DNA of 25,718 bases from a virus (Duplodnaviria; Caudoviricetes), in IMG/VR virus record IMGVR_UViG_3300016265_001151, positions 1-25,718 of that record; one strand, written 5' to 3'. The position numbers and the translations under genes are program-made. Below are positions 17,485 through 25,558 of this stretch, piece by piece. The stretch's first letter is position 1, and the number at the start of each line of letters is the position of its first letter. Below the pieces are notes generated by a model. That model had not been told where the DNA came from. It saw only the letters and a list, made by a program, of their open reading frames with translations, and did not search any database.

Positions 17485-17895
17485 TCAGCCGTACTTCTTC
17501 ACGCCAACCCCATTGATGGAGTAGACGTGAGTCGAAGTCGAAGTGGTCGACACAGCCTTGATCCAACGCTTAGCGGCACCCTTAGGGAACACCAGATACT
17601 GCTTAGAAGCAGAGGTGCTCACCTGAGTGAAGGCCACAGCAGCCGAGGCTACTTCAGAACCATCGCGATAAAAAGCGGTGGTCACATCGCCATAGCTGCC
17701 ACCTTCGGTATCGCTCGACTGGATTTTTACATCAAGAGTCGAAGTACCACCGTTGGCAACGTCAAGCACGATCACGAGATCACCCTCGTAGTCGTTCATG
17801 TCAATGGCAGTGCCATTGAGGTTCGAAGTACGCGAAGCAGTAGGAGCCAGAGCAAAATGCTGAAGCTTCTCCAGACCAGTGGAAAGGATGGCCAT
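17485..17895 (-). CDS. Putative capsid decoration / cement protein (136 aa)
   Basis: Two genes downstream of the capsid and upstream of the hairpin. NGTAIDM...IVLDV...TLDVKIQSSDT...KRWIKAV suggests a jelly-roll cement protein. Confidence 0.6.
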   Translation of the reverse strand: MAILSTGLEKLQHFALAPTASRTSNLNGTAIDMNDYEGDLVIVLDVANGGTSTLDVKIQSSDTEGGSYGDVTTAFYRDGSEVASAAVAFTQVSTSASKQYLVFPKGAAKRWIKAVSTTSTSTHVYSINGVGVKKYG

Positions 17896-17897
17896 GA

Positions 17898-18137
17898 TCA
17901 GTCCTTAGTGGGAAATTCAGAAGTCACAGTCTTAGCCTTCCGCACCGGCTTAACAGCAGGCGCCGGAGCAGGCTCTTCCGTCACCTCAACAGGTGCGGGC
18001 TTCTCCACGGCAGGTGCCACAACGGCCTTACCGCTACCAACCAACAGATTGCCGTCAGCCTCGTTGACCTCGACAAAGGAGCCAGCCTGAACTGGCTCCC
18101 CCGAGATCATGACTTGACGCAAGATCTCGACCCTCAT
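17898..18137 (-). CDS. Small head-associated protein (gpFI-like position, 79 aa)
   Basis: Directly after the capsid gene. Short folded N-terminus (AGSFVEVNEADGNLLVGSGKA) plus a Pro/Ala/Lys-rich tail. Confidence 0.6.
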   Translation of the reverse strand: MRVEILRQVMISGEPVQAGSFVEVNEADGNLLVGSGKAVVAPAVEKPAPVEVTEEPAPAPAVKPVRKAKTVTSEFPTKD

Positions 18138-18139
18138 GA

Positions 18140-21046
18140 TCAGGTGCCGTAGCAGAAGGCGCCGGGCTGCTTCACAGCCACATCAACGTCCTGCAGGGCA
18201 ATCACGCGGACGGTACCGGCAGTAGCGCCAGCGTAAGGATCAACAGTCAGATCCAGGCCAGACCACATGCCCATGATCATCATGGAGAAGTCGCCGAACA
18301 GAGCGTCGTTGTTAGCAAGTTGGTTGGAAACAATGGCGGGATAGCCATTGATCTCACCATCTTCAAAGACGAAGCCAGCAGCGACGGCAGTAGCAGACTT
18401 GGCAGTTGACTTCAGGGCACCGCGAGCAGCAGCGTTAATGATGTAACGCAGGCTGCCAGCATCGGCGTTGGCAGAAGCCACATCGGTTTCCATGCCGATG
18501 TACTCAGCAAAAGTGCCGTAAGTGCTAATGGTCTGGCTACCAATACCAGTGGTATTCACCAGGCCCAGGGGCTGGTTGCTGGAACCAGTGCCGTAGATAG
18601 CAGCGCGGTCAAGCTCAAGAGCGATCACGCGAGCAAGATCGTTGCGGATCATGCCTTCCACATCGATGGAAGACTGCAGCAGCAGACGACGGCTGTAATC
18701 AACAAAAGCACCCACAGTCTTGGGGGTCATGTTGACCTGATCGATTGCCTGCTGGCTCTCGGTCGGCGAGCCGTTCTCACCCACCCAGTAGGCAGTAGCA
18801 GCGGAAGTTTGACGGGGGATGCTGATGTTGCCCTGCAGGCCGGTCAGCATGGTTACGCCAGCCTGAGCCAGTGCCAGACGGTTGCGCAGCAGATCAATGA
18901 AACTACCGGCCAGCAGCTCATCGGCCACCAGGTTGCCACCAGCAGTAGGGGTGCCCACCACCAGATCGCGACGCAGCACCTCGTTGGGGATCACGATGCC
19001 GTTAGAGGAGCGCTCATACTTTTGAGCGGCAGCTTTACCGACTTCGATCTCAAACTCAGCAGCCCGACGAGCGGAAGCATCGCTGGGGTTGGCGAGGAAG
19101 TTCAGTGCGCGAGCAAAGCTGAACGAACGAGTCTCCTTGTCGGAGAGGCCAACATCATTAGAGGTGATGTCAGCAGAGCGAATGACTTGTTCCACAGGTT
19201 GAGTGCCGAGTTTTTCAAGGACAGCAGCACGAGCCTCATCAATGGTGCGACCACCATCAATCAGTTCGCGTGCCAGGTCTTGCATCTGGTGCTTTTCGCC
19301 CAGTGCGCTGATGGCGGCGATGCGGGTACGCTCGGCCTCGACGGCCTCGGACCGGATCACCTCCAGATCTGGAGTCTTTTCCATTTCAGGTTCAGGTGCT
19401 GGTGATGCGGCTGGGGCCGCTTGAACAACGGTCTCATCAGTTAGAGACCTGCCGATTCCAATCGTAGGGTCAGCAGGTATAGAGACCACGCTGACTTCGT
19501 AAGGCGACCATCGGGTTGCCACGAAGTCATCGCCTCGCTCTTCCATCTTGTCGATGGAATATCCGAAGCTGATGCCGCGCAAAATATTATCGCGGACATC
19601 ATCGAGTACTTCTTGAGCAAACTTGTTGCGCGAGAAACGCACCTTGACGTAACCGCGCTTTTTCTTGCCATCAACCCAAGCGCGCTCCACAACGCCAACC
19701 ACACGATCAGGATCGTGGTTGAACAGCAAAGGAGCGCCATCGTTTAGACGGCTCAGGTTTGCAGCGTCCATCTCGTGACTCAGCACTTCGTTGCCGAAGT
19801 AACGCATCACGGGATATTCAGAGCTAAAAGGGAACTCGAAGCTCCGCTCTTCATCCAATGCGCGGAATGATGTCACCTCAGAGCGCTGGAACTTGCCGCC
19901 CTCGGTAGCGCGGATCGGATCAATCTTGGTCAGCGTGCTAAAGCGGTGACCCACCATCGTCTCAGTCGCCTCGCCGTCGCGATAAATCCGAATCAATGCA
20001 GCCGGATCTTCTTCCGTTGCATCAATGCTGAATTCAGTCCCAGGCACACCCAAAGTACCCTCGCGCATCACATGCTCAATGCGACCGCGTGCGCGACCAC
20101 CAGAACTATTCCACGAAACAAAATCGCCCTCCTTCAGCGCATCAGGCGCTGCACGTTTTTCGGCCACGGCTGCGTTCTCAATTTCGTCCACCTTAGAACG
20201 CTCACCTGTTGCCTCTTCGAATTGAAGTGGCTCATAATCACGCTCACGCAGCCACGCACGCGCTTCGGCGGCAGTGAACTCGCTGAGGCGGAACCTGATC
20301 GCTTGAAGCTCAGCGCCACTCTCGCCAGTCTTGATGCCGAAAATAAAATCAACACCTTTGCCGGCTGCATTATTGCGACGCCGGAAGCGATCGTATTGAT
20401 CAGGATCACGCAGTCTTGCAGCGTGCTCATTCGGATACGGTCGCCCTTCCTCCATCTCTGGTGATTCGCTCATTAATCGCTCTGGAATAATCCAAAACTT
20501 GCAAACACCCTCAGGAGCGATATCGCCGCTCACGATTTCGCAAGCACGCGGACCCGCATAAAACACACAATTCGCGCACACCATGCCGTCACCCGCGAAT
20601 GGGCTCTCTGCCATGTAGTGCGAACCATGCGGTCCAGCGTCTTGACCAAATTGGCCAAGCTCCTCGGCTATCTCCTCATAAGCCTCATACAACTGCACCT
20701 GTGGCGCAGTCAGATCGGCAGTCAATTCACGGTCAGATTCCATGCGAGCCACAAGTGCATCACTCCATGTTTTACCCGAGTCACCTCCCCAGGCTGCCCA
20801 TGCAACCCTTCCGGGAGACGGATAGTCTTCTTCGCCAGGACTGAAGCCCTCAGCTTGCTTGTCCACTTCATGCCGCGCAAACCATGCGCTCATTGTGCGA
20901 ATCGTCTCATCGCTGAGCTCTTCGCCGCTGAGGATCTGACTCGCCCTGCGAGCGGCAACATCAGTGCCGCCCTTGCGACCCTCTTCCTTCCACGCCCTAT
21001 ATCTGCGAGCTTCCTCTTTCATTCCATCAGTCGGCATTGCGCCCAT
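18140..21046 (-). CDS. Multi-domain prohead protease / scaffold / HK97-fold major capsid polyprotein (968 aa)
   Basis: aa ~385-534 HK97-type protease (LLFNH444, GIS493FGY, YE517VSVVSIPAD); aa ~555-693 helical scaffold; aa 694-968 capsid (AGGNLV, AYWVGE, PKTVGA..SRRLL, LFGDFS). About 380 aa of extra N-terminal domains. Confidence 0.92.
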   Translation of the reverse strand: MGAMPTDGMKEEARRYRAWKEEGRKGGTDVAARRASQILSGEELSDETIRTMSAWFARHEVDKQAEGFSPGEEDYPSPGRVAWAAWGGDSGKTWSDALVARMESDRELTADLTAPQVQLYEAYEEIAEELGQFGQDAGPHGSHYMAESPFAGDGMVCANCVFYAGPRACEIVSGDIAPEGVCKFWIIPERLMSESPEMEEGRPYPNEHAARLRDPDQYDRFRRRNNAAGKGVDFIFGIKTGESGAELQAIRFRLSEFTAAEARAWLRERDYEPLQFEEATGERSKVDEIENAAVAEKRAAPDALKEGDFVSWNSSGGRARGRIEHVMREGTLGVPGTEFSIDATEEDPAALIRIYRDGEATETMVGHRFSTLTKIDPIRATEGGKFQRSEVTSFRALDEERSFEFPFSSEYPVMRYFGNEVLSHEMDAANLSRLNDGAPLLFNHDPDRVVGVVERAWVDGKKKRGYVKVRFSRNKFAQEVLDDVRDNILRGISFGYSIDKMEERGDDFVATRWSPYEVSVVSIPADPTIGIGRSLTDETVVQAAPAASPAPEPEMEKTPDLEVIRSEAVEAERTRIAAISALGEKHQMQDLARELIDGGRTIDEARAAVLEKLGTQPVEQVIRSADITSNDVGLSDKETRSFSFARALNFLANPSDASARRAAEFEIEVGKAAAQKYERSSNGIVIPNEVLRRDLVVGTPTAGGNLVADELLAGSFIDLLRNRLALAQAGVTMLTGLQGNISIPRQTSAATAYWVGENGSPTESQQAIDQVNMTPKTVGAFVDYSRRLLLQSSIDVEGMIRNDLARVIALELDRAAIYGTGSSNQPLGLVNTTGIGSQTISTYGTFAEYIGMETDVASANADAGSLRYIINAAARGALKSTAKSATAVAAGFVFEDGEINGYPAIVSNQLANNDALFGDFSMMIMGMWSGLDLTVDPYAGATAGTVRVIALQDVDVAVKQPGAFCYGT

Positions 21047-22554
21047 CAGCCTTCCTCCTGCGGTAGCGGTTGATCAGCCGGCAACATCGGCTGCTCGATA
21101 ATGTCTCGATCCAATTCGACGCCTAAACGCTCTGCAGCAGCTTGTTCACGTGCCAGTTCGGCTAAATTATCGTCAAAATCACCGCCAAGTTTTGCGACAA
21201 TTTGCGCCTTGGTCATATATCCCGCTTGCTCCATTTCGCGATAAGCCTTCACCTCCTTAAGCGGATCAACCCAGTCCCAGCCACGCGCCATCCAACGTGG
21301 CGTGTCATAACGCTCAGGACGCGCTTCAAAGTCATCAAAAGGAAGCTCGCCAGCAAGTACCGCCAAAGACAGCCATTCGCGGAACACGCGCAGGTGGAAA
21401 TGCTCAATTAAATAAGCCTGCACTACCTTCCAGTGCTCGCGATCCTCAAGCAGTGACAGCCTGCTGCTTGAGTAATTTGTATCACTAAAGTCACGGCTCA
21501 GCGTCTCATACGAACAGCCAAAGCCGCTCGCAAATCGACGCACTTTATTTTTAACAAACATCTCAAATTGCTGGTCAGGCGAATCAATATTTGGCACCGT
21601 TACGTTTTCGCCCGGCATCAAATACTTGAACATCCCTGGCTCAAACTCGCTGATCCGACGCTCGTTTTCGACGTCATCAGCGGTCAGCTCACCTTCCTGG
21701 TTGGTGATGAAACCCATAATGGACGCCCCAGCACGTGCACGGATCACAGCTGCCTCTTCGTAGCCCTGAAGCTGATGCGCATCCGACATCACAGAGTGGA
21801 ACCAAGGCACGCCACGATGCTGCTGCGGCCTCTCGGGAATAAACAAATGAATGACATCTTCCGCCGGCAGGAAGACATGCTTTTCATTTCGCGCCGATGC
21901 ATTCTGGAACCAGTAGTCGCCTGGATGGCGCGTGAGGAAGGCGTACCGCACAGGGCGGCCCCATTCATTGACCTCCACACCCATACGCCATTCGTTCCCC
22001 TGGGCGAGGGTTGGGCCTTGATACTCCTCATCCAGATAATCAGCCTCAAGCATCTGGAGCGCCAGTGGCACCCTGCTGCCACCGAACGGACGGCGCACAA
22101 TCCTGAATAGCGCCTCTCCTGACTCCGGCAGTGCGCCAATCGCTAGCCATTCCATCATGTGGAAGCTTTGGCGCCCAGCAACATCACAATGTTCAGCGCG
22201 GCACCAAGATGCCCACTTCTGTTCGATCAAGCTATTTGTCCGCTCATCGCGGCGATTACCGCGCAGCAATGCAACCTGCGACTGCATCTTGATGCCGCTG
22301 CCGACAACATTGATCTGCGTTGTCCGCTTCGCCTGCTTTGCGTACGGATTATTCCGCACCATTTCGCGACTACGGTCGCGCAACTTTTTCAAGCTGGTGC
22401 GAATTTCAGCATCCGCACTCGCCTGAGTTGCCATCCAATCGCTGGTTAGGCGACTGATGATTGCACCCGCATAATTACGACGCCTCACTGGTGGCAGCGC
22501 CTTCTGTACAGGCTGAAGGCCAAAACGACGCAGAATTTCAGTGCGAATGCCCAT
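21046..22554 (-). CDS. Portal protein, lambda family (502 aa)
   Basis: LRDRSREMVRNNPYA, LQMLEADYL, GVEVNEWGRPVRY, RPQQHRGVPW, NYSSSRLSLLE, WVDPLKE. Confidence 0.95.
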   Translation of the reverse strand: MGIRTEILRRFGLQPVQKALPPVRRRNYAGAIISRLTSDWMATQASADAEIRTSLKKLRDRSREMVRNNPYAKQAKRTTQINVVGSGIKMQSQVALLRGNRRDERTNSLIEQKWASWCRAEHCDVAGRQSFHMMEWLAIGALPESGEALFRIVRRPFGGSRVPLALQMLEADYLDEEYQGPTLAQGNEWRMGVEVNEWGRPVRYAFLTRHPGDYWFQNASARNEKHVFLPAEDVIHLFIPERPQQHRGVPWFHSVMSDAHQLQGYEEAAVIRARAGASIMGFITNQEGELTADDVENERRISEFEPGMFKYLMPGENVTVPNIDSPDQQFEMFVKNKVRRFASGFGCSYETLSRDFSDTNYSSSRLSLLEDREHWKVVQAYLIEHFHLRVFREWLSLAVLAGELPFDDFEARPERYDTPRWMARGWDWVDPLKEVKAYREMEQAGYMTKAQIVAKLGGDFDDNLAELAREQAAAERLGVELDRDIIEQPMLPADQPLPQEEG

Positions 22555-23141
22555 CAGCCGTTACCAAAACGGATAAACAAATTGTTCGGATCACCAAGAC
22601 CCGATGCAATGATCTTTGCTTTATTCTCGCGCACCACAGTTGCCTTCAACTGCGACTCAAGCGCCAGCAAATCAGTCAGGTCATATCGCTTCAGGCTGCG
22701 ATTGCCAATGCGATATTCCTGCGTTGCACCGCCCGTCATCAGGGAGCGGATTGCAGCCTGAACCGCTTCTAAATCCTTCTGCGCCTGCGTCCGACCATCA
22801 AATGCTGCAGGAGATCCCGCATACGCCAACGATGCCTGAACTTCGATCTGCCCTCTGCTGTACTCACTGACCGCGCCACCGCTGATGGCAGTTAGAACAG
22901 CCTGGAAATACCATCCAGTGCTGGCGTTCATTCCAGCGCTAGTCGCAGCAGGAATCGTGATCTGCCAGCCATCTGCATAAGCAGTGCCCGTCGCAGTGAC
23001 ACCCTCGCCTGCTGTATTTAATCTGAAATAATACGTAAGATTATGCGTTGCACTTGTTACCGCATTGCCAAAAACATCCGTCGTCGCAGCGTCCGTCCAC
23101 ACCACGTCCACGCCGGCTGTTATGGACGGGGGAATCGCCAT
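22554..23141 (-). CDS. Head completion / adaptor protein, gpW-like C-terminus with an extra N-terminal beta domain (195 aa)
   Basis: Between TerL and portal, as lambda W is. C-terminal LEAVQAAIRSLMTGGATQEYRIGNRSLKRYDLTDLLALESQL fits a helix-hairpin-helix. Confidence 0.75.
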   Translation of the reverse strand: MAIPPSITAGVDVVWTDAATTDVFGNAVTSATHNLTYYFRLNTAGEGVTATGTAYADGWQITIPAATSAGMNASTGWYFQAVLTAISGGAVSEYSRGQIEVQASLAYAGSPAAFDGRTQAQKDLEAVQAAIRSLMTGGATQEYRIGNRSLKRYDLTDLLALESQLKATVVRENKAKIIASGLGDPNNLFIRFGNG

Positions 23142-23184
23142 TCGACCTCTAACTTCAGGCTTCTTGGTACTTTAGCGCCGTAAC

Positions 23185-25038
23185 TCACCACTGCTTCACA
23201 AAACTGCGCTTAGGTGCAGCAGCCGCACGCACACGCTTGGGCTTCTCCTCATCACGCCTTTCAAGCTGGTCCCATATCGTCCTCCTGTCCATCTTCTGGT
23301 ACAGCCGATGCAATGCCGCATACGCATAATTCATCTCATCCAGCGCTTCGTTTGGAGCTTGGCTCTTCTTCACCCACACACGCTCGGGATAGCCATTCCT
23401 AAACCGCAAGATCTGCTTCTCGGCTGTCAATTCCTCGAAATAATCCGCTCCAATCGTCGGGAAGAAGTGCAAATATCCAGCCCCGGGATCATTGTGCTTC
23501 AACCGGCCAAACAACAGCGATTTAACCGTGTCAACACCAACCGGGAACAACTGTGCCCCTTTCTTTAGCGCTTTGCCTTTGTAGTCCACATCCACCTTCG
23601 ATGCCTTGCCGAGCGGTGGCTTGCCCTTCTGCGACATACCCTTAATCGCAATCACACCCATTGCCGCGCGCTCGCGGCTGTACTGGTAAACCTCCTGGGT
23701 GTGGTGGCCGCCAGAGTCAATCGCGCAACACAGCACCTTCATCTCTTCATCAGCCTCATTCAGGTAAGGCTTCTGCAAAATCTCGTCCAATTGCTTCCAC
23801 ACCTCTGGTCGAGATGGGCTCCCATATAGCTTCACGCGATCAATCAACCACCCTTCCTCCTCGCGACCCCATCCCCACACGCTGAGTGACAAACGGTCAT
23901 CCTGCACGTCGCACCCAATCGTCAGCGCCAGCACCTCAGCAGGTGGCACGTATTGCTGATACTGCTCGCTAGCGGCGCGCTCCAGCAAATCAGTAGCGCC
24001 GATTTTTGACGCATACTCGTCTTCCCACGTTTCGCCTAGCACCGTATTGACGAAAGTTTTTAGCTGTTCTGCGTCGTTCTTTGCATCCAAGAATTCTTCG
24101 ACCAGATTCGGCCACGTTGCATTCGGGCTGTAGCTATACGCCGCCCAGATATGAAACCCCACATGCTTTCCATTCCCAGGTGCAGTAGCGCGCCACTCAC
24201 CGCGCTCCACCATCCAACGCTTTTTAGAATGTGGAATTATTACGCCACATGACTCACAGCAATACCCTGCTGTGCTCGGGTCGCCATCAGTCCATCGAAT
24301 ATTTGGCCATTTCAGGTACTGCATATGACCACAATCAGGGCACGGGACGAAATAACGACGCTGATCCGTTTGCAGGAACATGCGCTCCACACGGCTGAAA
24401 TCTTTCACTGTCGGCGTGCTACCGGCCACAATTGTGCGATTCCAGTAGTACTCAGTCCTTCGGATGCCAAGCTTGATCTGATCCCCTTCCGCGCCTGCTG
24501 ATGCGGGATAACCATCAACCTCGTCAAACAACACCACCCTTCTACTCACACGCCGGAAGCCGCGTGGGCTATTAGCACCAACCAGGCTCAGCGTCCCACC
24601 AGGGAACTGCTTTTGCAAAATCGTATTCGCGCCATCCTTCGCCTTCGACTCGCTTACCAAGCCTTTCAAGCAAGGCGTATCACGCAACATCGGCGCGATC
24701 TCTTCTTTCGAATAACCCTGCGCGTCCTCGATCGTCGGCTGCACCAGCATGATCGGACACGGATCCTGGTGAATATGGAACGCAATGGTGTGGTTCAGGA
24801 TTTTTGAGTACCCCACGCGGGCGCTCTTCATCACAGTCACCTGCTCAACCTTTGCATCCGTTATTGCATCCATAATTCCTTTTTGATAGGGCAAAGTATG
24901 CCATCTGCCGCCTTCTGCGCTGCTTTCTGCGCTTAAAAATGCGTAACGATCCGCCCACTCGCTCAAAGTCAGCTTTTCTGGCGGTCGAAACGCCATAAAT
25001 GCTGCGTTTTTTACCCTTAGCAGGTTGTCTTCAGTCAT
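23185..25038 (-). CDS. terL: Terminase large subunit, lambda gpA family (617 aa)
   Basis: Walker A-like KSARVGYS, Walker B VLFDEVD, STPT, Cys pairs CPDCG/CESCG, nuclease GCDVQ...IDSGG...NEALD. Start reassigned to ATG 25038 (GGAG upstream, 8-nt overlap with terS). Confidence 0.96.
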   Translation of the reverse strand: MTEDNLLRVKNAAFMAFRPPEKLTLSEWADRYAFLSAESSAEGGRWHTLPYQKGIMDAITDAKVEQVTVMKSARVGYSKILNHTIAFHIHQDPCPIMLVQPTIEDAQGYSKEEIAPMLRDTPCLKGLVSESKAKDGANTILQKQFPGGTLSLVGANSPRGFRRVSRRVVLFDEVDGYPASAGAEGDQIKLGIRRTEYYWNRTIVAGSTPTVKDFSRVERMFLQTDQRRYFVPCPDCGHMQYLKWPNIRWTDGDPSTAGYCCESCGVIIPHSKKRWMVERGEWRATAPGNGKHVGFHIWAAYSYSPNATWPNLVEEFLDAKNDAEQLKTFVNTVLGETWEDEYASKIGATDLLERAASEQYQQYVPPAEVLALTIGCDVQDDRLSLSVWGWGREEEGWLIDRVKLYGSPSRPEVWKQLDEILQKPYLNEADEEMKVLCCAIDSGGHHTQEVYQYSRERAAMGVIAIKGMSQKGKPPLGKASKVDVDYKGKALKKGAQLFPVGVDTVKSLLFGRLKHNDPGAGYLHFFPTIGADYFEELTAEKQILRFRNGYPERVWVKKSQAPNEALDEMNYAYAALHRLYQKMDRRTIWDQLERRDEEKPKRVRAAAAPKRSFVKQW

Positions 25039-25558
25039 CAGCTCCACTCTCCGACAGATCTTCCAGCGTTTCGCGAACAATATCTTCAAGCATCGATACC
25101 GCGTCGGTATCTAGGTCGGGGATCCTTTGTTTCGCCTTGGTAGGAATGCCCAAAATTTTTGTCCTGGCTAATGTCACAATTTCAACCCACTTGAATTCAA
25201 CTTCTTCTGCTTTCACCAAAAGCCCTTCTTTTTGCTTGCGATCAAGTTCAAGCAGCTCCGCTTTCAAATATTCCGTTCGCGCCCTTGACTCGTCATAGTC
25301 AGGAATTGACTCTTCTGTTCTGCCCATCCTCGGTCTTGCTGCAGGAAATGCTTTCTGGCCCAGCGGCGGCTTCGGTCCTCGACCGATCCGCTTCTGCGTG
25401 TTTTTCGCCCAGTGCTCGCGCATGGTCTCGCTGTTTACCAGCTCGCGGCCATCCGCTGTTCGGACCACCGGCAAGCGGCCTGCTTTCACTGCTGCATACA
25501 CCGCCTCTGGTGTCACACCCAGCGCGCGCGCTGCCTCGGATCTCGTAATCAATGGCAT
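25031..25558 (-). CDS. terS: Terminase small subunit (Nu1-like, 175 aa)
   Basis: N-terminal HTH (TRSEAARALGVTPEAVYAAVKAGRL), coiled coil SRARTEYLKAELLELDRKQKEGLLV, immediately upstream of terL. Confidence 0.88.
   Translation of the reverse strand: MPLITRSEAARALGVTPEAVYAAVKAGRLPVVRTADGRELVNSETMREHWAKNTQKRIGRGPKPPLGQKAFPAARPRMGRTEESIPDYDESRARTEYLKAELLELDRKQKEGLLVKAEEVEFKWVEIVTLARTKILGIPTKAKQRIPDLDTDAVSMLEDIVRETLEDLSESGADD

Noticed and set aside
25039-25089. Longer TerL start given by the ORF track (and similar extensions at 14724, 16224, 17471)
   Set aside because: The extensions overlap upstream genes or terminators. Downstream ATGs fit SD/overlap patterns and family N-termini better.
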